IMG/VR virus record: IMGVR_UViG_2576861478_000002
Source of the DNA: a virus
Taxonomy: Duplodnaviria; Heunggongvirae; Uroviricota; Caudoviricetes
Strand: one strand, 5' to 3'
Length of the DNA stretch: 64,000 bases
A program made the position numbers and the translations under genes. Positions 26,861 through 38,000 of the stretch are shown in pieces. The notes below the pieces were generated by a model, which had not been told where the DNA came from, made no database searches, and saw only the letters and a list, made by a program, of their open reading frames with translations. Positions within the stretch are counted from its first letter, which is position 1; every line of letters starts with the position of its first letter.

Positions 26861-27256
26861 ATGCAGTGTAATGGTAAGGTGTTAAATAAAGAACAAGTAG
26901 ACAAGATACAGTTCATGCTTAATAACTATTCTAATAAGGGAATGGATATTTGTACATGTGATGTAGAGCGGGTACTAAACAAACAATATATGAAACTAAC
27001 AAAGCTAGAGAAAGCTATTGCTCTTAGCATAGTCTTTAATGCTATTGATACCAAGGAACTAGATGGACATGTAAGTAAAGAAAAATTATCGGATGTACTT
27101 AAAGTAATTGAAGCGTTAAAAGAAGAGATAGATGCAGATAAAGAGTTAGAAGAAGAAAAAGAAGCGCATCTAAATATAATTAATAAACTAATTGATAGTT
27201 TATTAGCAGAAAAGAATCAGGAACAAAAAGAACCAAGCCCCCCCTTTCAAAAATAA
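26861..27256 (+). CDS. hypothetical protein
   Basis: ORF between HNH and terS. Confidence 0.45.
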   Translation: MQCNGKVLNKEQVDKIQFMLNNYSNKGMDICTCDVERVLNKQYMKLTKLEKAIALSIVFNAIDTKELDGHVSKEKLSDVLKVIEALKEEIDADKELEEEKEAHLNIINKLIDSLLAEKNQEQKEPSPPFQK

Positions 27257-27290
27257 ATCAAGGCCCCTTAGGGGGACCGAGAGGGGAGCT
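27236..27290. other. candidate cos region (C7 run + GGCCCCTTAGGGGGACCGAGAGGGGAGC)
   Basis: Same motif architecture as 8631..8690. Confidence 0.35.
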
Positions 27291-27348
27291 TCATGTAACA
27301 CACAGGTCATTTCTATAGGGGGTGTGGTCATGGAAGGAGTGAGATTTT

Positions 27349-27711
27349 ATGAGCGATAATTTAGATATAGAAAAAGAAAAAAGAATTAAGCGAGAGATGA
27401 CACGATTAAACAGTTTATTAAAGAATTTAGAGCCTAAGAAAAAGAGAGCAGTTTCTTCACTCATAAAAAACGCTGCTTTTATGGCTGTCACTTTAGAAGA
27501 TCTGCAAGAAGATATTAATCAGAATGGTGTTACTGAACAATACCAAAACGGAGCAAATCAATTTGGAGTTAAAAAATCTTCAGCTGTTGAAGTATACAAC
27601 ACAATGATAAAAAATCATGTACAGGTAATGAAACAACTAACTGACTTGCTCCCGAAAGAACAGCCTAAAGAAGAGGATGATGGGTTTGAAGACTTCGTGA
27701 ATAGAAAATGA
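27349..27711 (+). CDS. terminase small subunit (P27 family)
   Basis: Family pattern; position before terL. Confidence 0.75.
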   Translation: MSDNLDIEKEKRIKREMTRLNSLLKNLEPKKKRAVSSLIKNAAFMAVTLEDLQEDINQNGVTEQYQNGANQFGVKKSSAVEVYNTMIKNHVQVMKQLTDLLPKEQPKEEDDGFEDFVNRK

Positions 27712-29408
27712 GTAAGCAAGTAAAAAAACAGTATCCGTTAACTTATAATCCAATCATTGAGTATTACAATCAAATCGAATCTGGACAAGTAATTGTATCC
27801 AGTAAAGTTAGGCGGATATATAAAAAGCTTGTAGATGATGTGCATGATACTTCCTCTGTATTTGAGTACGATGCAAATAAAGCGAATCACGTAATAGAAT
27901 TTATTGAGAATTTTTGCAAACACTCAAAAGGAAAATGGGGAGGTAAATCGATTGAATTAGAGCTTTGGCAAAAAGCATTTTTAGCAGCTTCTTTTGGATT
28001 TGTTCATAAAATTGATGGAACGAGAAAGTATAGAGAAGTACTCTTAATTGTGGCTCGTAAAAACGGAAAGTCAACAATCGCTTCTGGAATTGGTTTGTAT
28101 TTACAAGTTGCCGATGGTGAACCAGGTGCAGAAATATATGCAGTTGCTACTAAATTAGACCAAGCAAAATTAGTTTGGTTAGATGCCAAAAGGATGGTTA
28201 AGAAATCCCCCGTATTATTAAAACGAATTAAACCGCTTGTTCGTGAATTAAATGCAGATTTTAATGATAGTACGTTTAAACCTTTGGGAAGTGATTCAGA
28301 AACACTTGATGGTCTTAATGTTCATGGAGCGATGATGGATGAAATACATGCTTGGAAAGATAAGAATCTATATGACGTTATAGTGGATGGTACTTCTTCA
28401 AGGGAACAACCAATGATATTTATGATTACAACAGCTGGAACCATTCGTGAATCAGTTTATGATATGAAATATGAAGAAGCCGAAATGCTTTTAAATGGTT
28501 TGGACGATCCAGACGGCTATAAAGACGATCGCTTTTTACCAATCATATATGAGTTGGATAAAAGAGAGGAATGGACTGATAATACTAAATGGACAAAAGC
28601 TAATCCTGGTTTAGGTACGATAAAAAAGATAGACCAACTTGAAACAAAGGTAAACAAAGCGAAAGCAAATTCTTTGCTAGTTAAGAACTTACTAACAAAA
28701 GATTTTAATATCCGCGAAACAAGTACAGAAGCCTGGTTAACATTTGAACAATTAAATAACAAGGCTACCTTTGATGTAGCAAAATTAAAGCCTTCTTATG
28801 GGATTGGCGGTTGTGATTTATCTTCAACAACTGATTTAACCGCAGCGAAGGTTATTTTTATGCTTCCAAACGATCCGCATGTCTATGTATTACAAATGTA
28901 TTGGCTTCCTGAAGATTTGCTTGAACAAAGAAGTAAAGAAGATAAGATTCCATATAATTTATGGGCAGAACAAGGAATATTGAGAACAACACCAGGTAAT
29001 TCAGTTCATTATAAATTTGTAACACAATGGTTCTTAGAAGTCAGGGATGAACTCGGTATTTATATTCCGTGGATCGGTTATGATAGATGGTCCGCAAAAT
29101 ATTGGGTGGAGGAAATGGAAGGCTACTTTGGTAAAGAAGCAATGATTCCAGTTGCCCAAGGGAAACAAACTCTTTCTAGCCCTATGAAATTATTAGGAGC
29201 AGATTTAGAGTCTAATTTAGTAAATTACAACAATAATAGCATTGATAAATGGTGCTTATCGAATACAGCCATTGATGTGGATAAAAACCTGAATATACAG
29301 CCGAACAAAACAAATAATCAACGTAGAAGGATTGACGGAACCGCAGCGCTTTTAAATGCATATGTTGTGCTTCAAGAAAAACGTAATGATTACTTAAATA
29401 TGATTTGA
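27708..29408 (+). CDS. terminase large subunit
   Basis: Paralog of 9104..10744. Confidence 0.9.
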   Translation: MSKQVKKQYPLTYNPIIEYYNQIESGQVIVSSKVRRIYKKLVDDVHDTSSVFEYDANKANHVIEFIENFCKHSKGKWGGKSIELELWQKAFLAASFGFVHKIDGTRKYREVLLIVARKNGKSTIASGIGLYLQVADGEPGAEIYAVATKLDQAKLVWLDAKRMVKKSPVLLKRIKPLVRELNADFNDSTFKPLGSDSETLDGLNVHGAMMDEIHAWKDKNLYDVIVDGTSSREQPMIFMITTAGTIRESVYDMKYEEAEMLLNGLDDPDGYKDDRFLPIIYELDKREEWTDNTKWTKANPGLGTIKKIDQLETKVNKAKANSLLVKNLLTKDFNIRETSTEAWLTFEQLNNKATFDVAKLKPSYGIGGCDLSSTTDLTAAKVIFMLPNDPHVYVLQMYWLPEDLLEQRSKEDKIPYNLWAEQGILRTTPGNSVHYKFVTQWFLEVRDELGIYIPWIGYDRWSAKYWVEEMEGYFGKEAMIPVAQGKQTLSSPMKLLGADLESNLVNYNNNSIDKWCLSNTAIDVDKNLNIQPNKTNNQRRRIDGTAALLNAYVVLQEKRNDYLNMI

Positions 29409-29421
29409 GGGAGGTGAGGAA

Positions 29422-30645
29422 TTGGGGTTATTCAACAAAATATTCGGTAGAAAACAACCGCCTACTACGACCCGTTTTGAAATGATAAACGATAATGGAG
29501 GGGGCTTTTTCTCGTGGAATGGGAATATCTATCAAAGTGATATTATTAGGGCCTGTATACGTCCTAAAGCCAAGGCTGTTGGTAAATTAATAGCAAAGCA
29601 TATACGAGATAATACAAATGAATTTAAAGTAAATCCAGAGCCGTATATTAGATTCATTTTAGAAGAACCGAATCCATTAATGACAGGTCAAATATTCCAA
29701 GAAAAAATGACTGTACAGCTAGAGCTGAACCATAACGCCTTTGCATATATCAAACGAGATGAATTAGGAGTTCCAATTGAAATTTATCCTTTGCCATGTG
29801 TAACTGTAGAAGTTGTAGAGGGAGCTCAAGGTGATATTTTTCTTACTTTTTATTTTAAAAATGGGAAGAGAATGACCGTTCCTTATGTCGATGTTATCCA
29901 TCTTAGAAAAGATTTTAACGAAGATGATTTCTTTGGTGAACATCCAGGTAAAGCTTTATCTTCCTTAATGGATATTGTTACAACTACCGATCAGGGAATT
30001 GTGAAAGCAATTAAAAATAGTGCAGTGGTGAAATGGATATTAAAATTTAAATCGGTTTTAAAGCAAGAGGACATCGATGCACAAGTTCAAAATTTTAAGA
30101 GAAATTATTTGAGTATTGATAATGAAAATGGTGGAGCAGCTTCATCTGATCCACGTTATGATTTAGAACAAGTTAAACCAGAAGCATTTGTTCCAGATTC
30201 AAAACAAATGCAAGAAACAACACAGAGAATTTATAACTTCTTTAATACAAACGAAAAAATCATTCAAAGTAAATACAATGAGGATGAATGGAATGCTTAC
30301 TATGAATCTGAAATTGAACCGTTAGCGATGCAACTTTCTGGGGAATTTACCAGGAAGTTTTTTTCACGTAGGGAACGTGGCTTTGGGAACAAAATTATTT
30401 TCGAAGCAGCAAGCCTTCAATATGCTTCTATGCAGACTAAAATGAATTTAGTTCAAATGGTTGATAGAGGAGCAATGACACCGAATGAATGGCGTTCTAT
30501 TCTCTCTGTAGGTCCAATTGAAGGTGGCGACAAGCCGATTCGAAGACTAGATACAGCGTTAGTTAAAGACGGAAATACAACTGTTAAAGGAGGTGGGGAT
30601 AATGGACAAGACGGAAACAAGGGAAATAGTAACACAGAAGATTGA
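29422..30645 (+). CDS. phage portal protein (HK97 family)
   Basis: Paralog of 4950..6146. Confidence 0.85.
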   Translation: MGLFNKIFGRKQPPTTTRFEMINDNGGGFFSWNGNIYQSDIIRACIRPKAKAVGKLIAKHIRDNTNEFKVNPEPYIRFILEEPNPLMTGQIFQEKMTVQLELNHNAFAYIKRDELGVPIEIYPLPCVTVEVVEGAQGDIFLTFYFKNGKRMTVPYVDVIHLRKDFNEDDFFGEHPGKALSSLMDIVTTTDQGIVKAIKNSAVVKWILKFKSVLKQEDIDAQVQNFKRNYLSIDNENGGAASSDPRYDLEQVKPEAFVPDSKQMQETTQRIYNFFNTNEKIIQSKYNEDEWNAYYESEIEPLAMQLSGEFTRKFFSRRERGFGNKIIFEAASLQYASMQTKMNLVQMVDRGAMTPNEWRSILSVGPIEGGDKPIRRLDTALVKDGNTTVKGGGDNGQDGNKGNSNTED

Positions 30646-31186
30646 AATTAGAGAAGATGATAACGGAAATCGGACACTTATAGGCTATGCAGTAAAGTGG
30701 GAAAAGAAATCCGTAGTTATGGGATATTATCGTAAGTTTCGTGAGCAATTTAAAAATGGAGCATTCACAGAAACATTACAAAATGATGACCAACGTTTTT
30801 TATGGTCTCATGATACATCTAAAGTGCTGGGAAGAACAAAGAATAATACGTTACGTTTGAGCGAGGATGCCGTGGGCTTACGCTTTGAATTGGATTTACC
30901 AGATACAACTCTAGGTAATGACACTTACAAATCTATTAAGCGTGGAGATGTAGATGGTGTTTCGTTTGGGTTTAGCATGATAAGTGAAGAAATCCAAGAA
31001 CCAGATGATGATTTGATGCTACGAACTGTTACAAAAGCAAAACTATTAGAAGTTAGTGCAGTAGCTTTCCCAGCATACCCAGATTCAGAAGTAAGTGCTA
31101 GGGGATATGATCCTTATAAACATTTTACAGAAGAAAAAAAGCGCTCGGAAAAGCGCAGAAGACTATATTTACAAACATTATTATAA
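30602..31186 (+). CDS. HK97-family prohead protease
   Basis: Paralog of 6143..6721; ATG after GGAGGTGGGG. Confidence 0.85.
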   Translation: MDKTETREIVTQKIEIREDDNGNRTLIGYAVKWEKKSVVMGYYRKFREQFKNGAFTETLQNDDQRFLWSHDTSKVLGRTKNNTLRLSEDAVGLRFELDLPDTTLGNDTYKSIKRGDVDGVSFGFSMISEEIQEPDDDLMLRTVTKAKLLEVSAVAFPAYPDSEVSARGYDPYKHFTEEKKRSEKRRRLYLQTLL

Positions 31187-31202
31187 AAGGTGGACTTTGA
31201 AC

Positions 31203-32387
31203 ATGAATAAAGAACAATTATTAAAACGTAAATCTGAAATCAGTGAATTATTAAGTGATGAAACTCGCTCTATTGATAACCTTGATACAATTGAAACAGA
31301 ATTACGAGATATTAATAATCAGTTGGCAGCAATTGAGAAGCGTGAACAACTTTTAAATGAAGCACGTTCTATCAATGAAGGAAATGCAACTGGTGCTAAT
31401 AAGATTGAAACATTTAATACGGATTCATCAAATGAAAAACGTGAACTTGGTACAAATACAGTTGAATATCGTAATGCTTTTATGAATTACGTATTACGCG
31501 GTGAAGCAATTCCAACTGAATTACGTGCAAATGCTGTTACGAAAACAAGTGACATCGGTTCTGTTATCCCACAAACAGTATTAGATAAAATTATCGAAAA
31601 GATTGAAGCAGTAGGAATGATTCTACCTTTAATTACTCGTACAGCTATTAAAGGTGGCGTAACAGTACCAACTTCAGCAGTTAAACCAGTCGCAACATGG
31701 GTTGCTGAAAGCTCTGGAAGTGATAAACAAAAGAAAACTACAGGAAGCATTACTTTCAACTATCATAAATTACGTTGTGCCGTAGCGGTTTCTCTTGAAG
31801 TAGAAACAATGTCTCTTGCGGTATTTGAAACAACATTAATTAATAATATTGTGGAAGCTATGACAAAAGCGATTGAACAAGCGATTGTTAGTGGTGATGG
31901 GTCTGGTAAGCCAAAAGGGATTCTAGCGGAAACACCTGTTGACGGACAAGCATTAGATGTTGCGAAAATTAACTACAAAACGTTAACAGATGCAGAAGCG
32001 GCTTTACCACTTGAGTATGAAGCAAGCGCGATTTGGACGATGACGAAAAAGACATTTATGGAATTTTCGGCAATGACAGATGCAGACGGCCAGCCGATTG
32101 CACGTACAAATTACGGGATTTCCGGTAAACCAGAACGCATTTTATTAGGTCGTCCAGTTGTTCTATGTAATTATGTTGATAGTTTCGCAACGGCTACTGA
32201 AGGAACAACATTTGCATTCTTATTTAATTACAAGGATTATATTCTGAATACAAACTACCAAATGGGTGTTAAGAAATATGAAGACAATGAAACTGACGAT
32301 CAAGTTACAAAGGCAATTATGATTGTGGATGGTAAAGTAGTAGACAAAAACTCTTTAGTTGTTTTAAAAAAAGCTCCAGCAGCTTAA
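31203..32387 (+). CDS. major capsid protein (HK97 fold) with delta domain
   Basis: Coiled-coil N-terminus; homolog of 6726..7988. ATG at 31203 preferred over the overlapping 31095 start. Confidence 0.85.
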   Translation: MNKEQLLKRKSEISELLSDETRSIDNLDTIETELRDINNQLAAIEKREQLLNEARSINEGNATGANKIETFNTDSSNEKRELGTNTVEYRNAFMNYVLRGEAIPTELRANAVTKTSDIGSVIPQTVLDKIIEKIEAVGMILPLITRTAIKGGVTVPTSAVKPVATWVAESSGSDKQKKTTGSITFNYHKLRCAVAVSLEVETMSLAVFETTLINNIVEAMTKAIEQAIVSGDGSGKPKGILAETPVDGQALDVAKINYKTLTDAEAALPLEYEASAIWTMTKKTFMEFSAMTDADGQPIARTNYGISGKPERILLGRPVVLCNYVDSFATATEGTTFAFLFNYKDYILNTNYQMGVKKYEDNETDDQVTKAIMIVDGKVVDKNSLVVLKKAPAA

Positions 32388-32402
32388 TAAAGGAGTGATA
32401 CA

Positions 32403-32660
32403 ATGAATCATTTAGTCTTGAATGCTTTCATTGATAAAGAAACAAAAGTTGGATATTCAAAAGGCGATATGTACGAGTCAAATGATTCGGAACGTGTTGC
32501 CTTTTTAATTGAAAAAGGATTCTTAAAAGGAAATAAAGAGATTTCTACATTCCCTAAGCATACTGGCGGTGGATGGTATGAATTATCGAATGGTGAAAAA
32601 GTGCAAGGGAAAGAGGAAGCGATGTCAGCTGAACAATCATTGAGGGGTAACGAATCATGA
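32403..32660 (+). CDS. hypothetical head protein
   Basis: ORF between the capsid and connector genes. Confidence 0.4.
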   Translation: MNHLVLNAFIDKETKVGYSKGDMYESNDSERVAFLIEKGFLKGNKEISTFPKHTGGGWYELSNGEKVQGKEEAMSAEQSLRGNES

Positions 32661-32929
32661 TTTTAAAAGATATAAAAAAGGCATTGCGCATTTCTCATGA
32701 TGCCCTTGACGATGAAATAAACGATGCAATAGAGGCAGCTCGACACGATTTAATGTTGTCGGGTGTTTCTTCTATTAAAGCGAATAATGACGATGATCCG
32801 TTAATCAAAAGAGCGATAAAAGTATATTGCAAAGCAGAATTTGTTGCTGAAGCTAAAGAGGCTGAAAGATTCCAGGCATCGTATAACATGTTAAAAAATC
32901 ATCTCACTTTAGCAGGTGATTACAAATGA
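32657..32929 (+). CDS. gp6-like head-tail connector
   Basis: Family pattern; paralog of 8055..8342. Confidence 0.65.
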   Translation: MILKDIKKALRISHDALDDEINDAIEAARHDLMLSGVSSIKANNDDDPLIKRAIKVYCKAEFVAEAKEAERFQASYNMLKNHLTLAGDYK

Positions 32930-33225
32930 ATGATATTGTATTCTTTCCAGTTGTAACGACTACTACAGATGATTTAGGTCAAATAGAAGTAGCGGAAGAT
33001 TTTACAAGACAAGTATTTTGTGAGAAAAAAAGTGTTTCTCAAAATGAATTCTTTCAAGCGGGCCAAAATGGTTTTAAGCCTAAATGTGTATTAATTGTTT
33101 ACACATTGGATTATCAAGAAGAACAGAAAGTACAGTATCACAAAAAGAAATACAACATTTATCGCACATATGAAAGAGACGATGAAAGAATTGAACTCTA
33201 TTGTGAGGTGAAGACAGGTGGCTAA
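32926..33225 (+). CDS. head closure / head-tail adaptor
   Basis: Same family as 10761..11090. Confidence 0.6.
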   Translation: MNDIVFFPVVTTTTDDLGQIEVAEDFTRQVFCEKKSVSQNEFFQAGQNGFKPKCVLIVYTLDYQEEQKVQYHKKKYNIYRTYERDDERIELYCEVKTGG

Positions 33226-33574
33226 TATTGATGAATTATCCAATGAAATTGCTAGAGAACTACAAAGATATGCCAATGTAATTGAGGAAGACATGGAAGT
33301 TGCGAAGGAAGAGGTAGCGGATAATTTAGTGGGTGAATTAAAGCAAAAAAGTCCTAAAAATACAGGTAGGTATAGTAGAGGTTGGCGAAAAAAGAAGGAT
33401 GGAAACGCGATTATTGTTCATAATGCTTTAAAACCGCAGCTTACTCATTTACTGGAGAAAGGTCATGCGAAGGCAAATGGTGGACGAGTACCAGCAAAGG
33501 TTCATATTGCACCAGCTGAAGAGCATGCGATTCATGATTTTGTTGAACGTGTTGAAAGGGCGATTGGGCAATGA
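33218..33574 (+). CDS. HK97 gp10-like tail component
   Basis: Size, position and pattern. Confidence 0.55.
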   Translation: MANIDELSNEIARELQRYANVIEEDMEVAKEEVADNLVGELKQKSPKNTGRYSRGWRKKKDGNAIIVHNALKPQLTHLLEKGHAKANGGRVPAKVHIAPAEEHAIHDFVERVERAIGQ

Positions 33575-33900
33575 CATTAGGTGAATTAAAGAAAATTCTT
33601 GAGGCTACAGGTTATCCTGTGGCTTATTCGCATTTCACTGAAACACCAGGTGTTCCCGTACCTTTACCACCTTATGTTTGCTACTTTGTAGATGGATCAC
33701 CTAATATGGCCGCTGACAATAAGGCCTATCACAAAATAAATGATGTAAATATAGAACTTTATACAACTAAGAAGGATTTAGTTGCAGAAGCCAAGCTAGA
33801 ACAAGTCCTTGACGATCATGAAATTCCTTATGATTCGTATGGAACTTTTATTGAATCTGAAAAACTATTTCAAAAAATATATGAAACGAGGTTGTTGTAA
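33571..33900 (+). CDS. tail completion/terminator protein (putative)
   Basis: Position before the major tail protein. Confidence 0.4.
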   Translation: MTLGELKKILEATGYPVAYSHFTETPGVPVPLPPYVCYFVDGSPNMAADNKAYHKINDVNIELYTTKKDLVAEAKLEQVLDDHEIPYDSYGTFIESEKLFQKIYETRLL

Positions 33901-34494
33901 ATGAATGAAAACAAGGTAACATTCGGTTTAAAAAATGTACATTACGTGCCATTAGATATTAAGGATTTTTTAGTTACATTTGGTACGCCAATTCCATTAC
34001 CTGGTGGAGTGGAACTAACATTTGAGCCACGCGGTGATTTAATTGAATTCTATGCGGATGACATGCTTTATTACGCAGCAAGTAATAATCAGGGTTACGA
34101 TGGAACATTAAGTATTGCTACTATCCCAGAAAAATTTGCTATTGATGCACTTGGTGAGGAATTAGACGAAACAGATGGTGTATTGAATGAATTGGCTGAT
34201 GCAAAAGGAAAACCATTCGCATTATTATTTGAGTTTGATGGTGATGTCAATGCAACTCGACATGTTATGTATAACTGTTCAGCAAGTCGTCCAACACTTG
34301 CATCTAAAACAAAAACAAGTTCAGCTGAGCCAAATACAAATGAACTGAAGTTTGTTTCTAGTCCAATTATTTTAGCACCAGGGGGAAGACCTATGGTTAA
34401 AACAAAAACAACATCTAAAACAACGCAAGAAATTTACAAAAATTGGTACAAAGAAGTGTACGTTAAAAAACCAGCAGCACCAAAAGGAGCGTAA
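33901..34494 (+). CDS. major tail protein
   Basis: ~22 kDa; position before the chaperone pair and tape measure. Confidence 0.65.
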   Translation: MNENKVTFGLKNVHYVPLDIKDFLVTFGTPIPLPGGVELTFEPRGDLIEFYADDMLYYAASNNQGYDGTLSIATIPEKFAIDALGEELDETDGVLNELADAKGKPFALLFEFDGDVNATRHVMYNCSASRPTLASKTKTSSAEPNTNELKFVSSPIILAPGGRPMVKTKTTSKTTQEIYKNWYKEVYVKKPAAPKGA

Positions 34495-34500
34495 TAGTAA

Positions 34501-34863
34501 ATGGAAAAGACAATTACAATAGATGGAAAACAAGTCCGATTAAAAAGTACAGCAGCTACTGTTAAACGATATAAAGCACAATTCAGACGTGATTTATTTG
34601 CTGATATGTTTAAGTTAGGGATTTTGTCTCCTTCAAATCCTCAAGAGGGTTCACTAGCTACTATTGATTTAGCAAATATCGATTCAAGTAAACTGGATTT
34701 TGAAGTTATTTATGATTTAGTTTGGTTATACGCGAAAACAGCAAATCCAGAAATTGCCGAGCCAATTACATGGTTAGACGGTTTTGATGAATTCCCTATC
34801 TCAGAGATTATTCCGGAAATTATGGATATGATTCAAAGTACAATGGGCGCAAAAAAAAAATAA
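34501..34863 (+). CDS. tail assembly chaperone (gpG-like)
   Basis: Position; ends in an A10 slippery run. Confidence 0.6.
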   Translation: MEKTITIDGKQVRLKSTAATVKRYKAQFRRDLFADMFKLGILSPSNPQEGSLATIDLANIDSSKLDFEVIYDLVWLYAKTANPEIAEPITWLDGFDEFPISEIIPEIMDMIQSTMGAKKK

Positions 34864-35078
34864 ACAAAAGTAATGGAGAGCAAGGGACTTTCAGTGATGA
34901 AGAATTAACCGCTGATACGTTCCTTGCTCTTTGTTATAAAGCGAAATTAACGCATTGGGATTTGGAAGTTATGACAATTGGTGATTGCTTTGATTACATT
35001 GCTGAATTCGCTGAAATGGAGAATCCAGACAAAGAAAAAGTAAGAAAAGCAAACCAAAAAGACTTTGATTCATTCTAA
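34501..35078 (+). CDS. tail assembly chaperone -1 frameshift product (gpGT-like)
   Basis: A10 run at 34851..34860. The -1 frame is open until 35078. Confidence 0.45.
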
Positions 35079-35093
35079 GAAAGGGGTGAGAAA

Positions 35094-38000
35094 ATGGCAG
35101 GAAGAATTAAAGGTATTACGATTGAAATTAATGGTGAAACCACAGGTCTTCAAAACGCTTTAAAAGATGTAAATAAGCAGAGTGACAACTTGGCCAAAGA
35201 ATTAAAAGATGTAGAACGTCTTTTGAAATTCGATCCTGGTAATGTTGAGGCACTTTCTCAAAAACAAAAATTACTTACACAACAAATAGAAAATACAACG
35301 CAAAAGCTAGATAAATTGAAAGCAGCGGAACAACAAGTACAAGCACAATTCCAAAACGGAAAAATTTCTGAAGAACAGTACCGCGCGTTTAGGCGTGAAA
35401 TTGAATTTACACAAGGATCACTTGATGGGCTGAAAAATAAGCTTGGTAATATGAAATCTGAACAAGAGAATGTAGCGAGTTCAACAAGACAATTAGAAAC
35501 ATTGTTTAGTGCTACAGGAAAAAGCGTTGATGATTTTGCAGGCGCATTAGGTAATCGTCTTGTAAATGCAATTCGAAACGGTACAGCAACAAGTAAACAA
35601 TTAGAACAAGCAATTGGAATTATTGGACGGGAAGCATTGGGAACAGAAGCTGACATAGAAAAATTACAACGGGCTCTTCGATCTGTGGATGCTGGAAATT
35701 CAATTCAACAAGTTCGAAACGAGTTAAGGGATTTGCAACAAGAGGCTGAGAGAACGGAGAAGAAGTTTGAAGGGCTCCAAGTAGGACTCGAAAACGTCAT
35801 TGGTGGGTTGGCAGCTGGTGGTGGAATTGCAACCGCAGTTGAAAAAGCGATGGATATATCAAAGTTAAAAACAAAAATTGATGTATCTTTCGAAGTGCCG
35901 GAGTCATCTAAAAAGACAGTTGAAGAATCAGTAAGGGCTGTTACTGCGTATGGTGTTGACATAGATGAAGCTTTAGAAGGAAACCGTAGGCAGTGGGCAT
36001 TAAATAAAGATGCTTCTGACGAAACAAATGCAGCCATAGCTAAAGGTGCCGCTGGTATTGTAGCGGTTTATTCTGATATTGATTTTACCGAATTGATACA
36101 GGAAGCGAACGAAATTGGGGCAACTTTAGGAATTACAAATGAGGAAGCTTTAGGGTTAGTTCATACTCTCCTTAAAACAGGTTTTCCACCTGAGCAACTA
36201 GATATTATTGCTGAATATGGCGACCAAATGATGCAGGCAGGGTTTACAGCAAAAGAAGTACAAGGAATTATGTCGGCTGGAATTGATACGAAAACGTGGA
36301 ATATTGATAATCTTCTAGACGGTGTCAAAGAAGGACGTATCAAAATGGCGGAATTTGGTGCGGGTGTAGATAAATCTATGCAAGAGGTTTTAGATAAAAC
36401 AAAGATTTCAGCTGACCAGTTTGAAAAATGGGGTCAGGCGATTGCTGGTGGCGGTGAAAATGGACAAAAGGCGATGCTTGAAGCAACCAAGGCTTTAGCT
36501 GGTGTTGAAAATGCTACAGACAGAAATGCACTTGGCACGAAGATGTTCGGTACTCTTTGGGAAGACCAAGGAAAGAAGATCATTGATACCATTTTAAAAG
36601 CAGAAGGAAAACAAGTGGATCTAAAAAAAGGTGTAGAAGATTTAAATAACACCACCTCTAAATTAGATGCGTCTCCAGCGGCTAAAATGCAAAAAGCAAT
36701 GAATGATTTACAGAAGGCGCTTGAACCAGTGTTATTAGTGATAGCAGACCTTGTTTCGAAATTTGCAGAATGGGTTTCTAATAATCCAGAATTAGCAGCA
36801 ACGTTAGCGGCTATTGGTGTTGCTATTGGTGTAATTTCTGGTGCGGTTATGGCACTTGCTCCTATCGTTATGGCGGTCATGGGTCTGTTTGGTATCGGGG
36901 CAGGACTAGCAGCCACGTTTGTTGCTGTAGTTCCTATTATTATAGGGCTTATAGCAGCTATAGGAATTGCAATTTATAAAAATTGGGACGATATCCAAAA
37001 ATGGACCATGGAGGTATGGAATTCAATTACAGAATTTCTAACAGGAATTTGGGAAGGCATATCCCAATGGGCAACAGAAACATGGGAAAGCATTAGTGAA
37101 TCTACTTCTTCAGCATGGAATGCCATTAAAGAATTTTTAACAGAACTATGGAATGGAATCATGGAGTCTTTATCTGAAACATGGAATTCGATTGTTGAAA
37201 CTACTACGGAAACATGGAATTCGATTGTAGAGTATTTGACTGGAATATGGGATGGAGTAGTTGAAACATTATCGGAAGTTTGGAATGGCATCAGTCAAAC
37301 TACTTCTGAAGTGTGGACAGCGATTAGTGAGTTTTTCATTAACACTTGGAATGGGCTAGTTGCCTTTCTAACTCCTATCTTACAAGGAATTGCTGATTTC
37401 TTCTCCATGATTTGGAATGGCATTTCCACAGTGATTCAAACTGTATGGGGTTTTATTACTCAATACTTACAAGCAATTTGGACGGCTATTTTATACTTTG
37501 CTACGCCAATATTTGAAAGTATCAAGAATTTCATTTCTGAATGTTGGAATACCATTAGTTCTACTACAAGTTTTGTATGGGAAACAATTAAGAATTTCTT
37601 AGTTTCTTGTTGGAATGGACTTGTAGCGTTTGTTATGCCGATTTTTGAAAAAATCAAGTCCTGGATCATTGCTGTGTGGGATACAATCAGTTCAGCAACA
37701 ATGTCTGTATGGAATGCTGTTAAGAATTTCTTACAATCATGCTGGAACGGGTTAGTAGCTTTTGTAACGCCAATATTCACCTCAATAAAAGATTGGATTG
37801 TGAATACATGGAATACGATTAGTTCCACAACAAGTGCAGTATGGAATACGATTAAAAGCTATCTATCTAGCTTATGGAATGCAATTGTTTCCACAGCGAG
37901 TTCTGTATTCAATAGCATCAAAGAAGCCATTTCAACGGTTTGGAACATGATTAGTAGCACGAGCAGTAGTATTTGGAATGGTATTAAATCTACACTTTCA

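Noticed and set aside
31095-31202. Upstream extension of the capsid ORF (start at 31095)
   Set aside because: It would overlap the protease gene by 90 nt. ATG 31203 has a proper RBS and matches the island capsid N-terminus.
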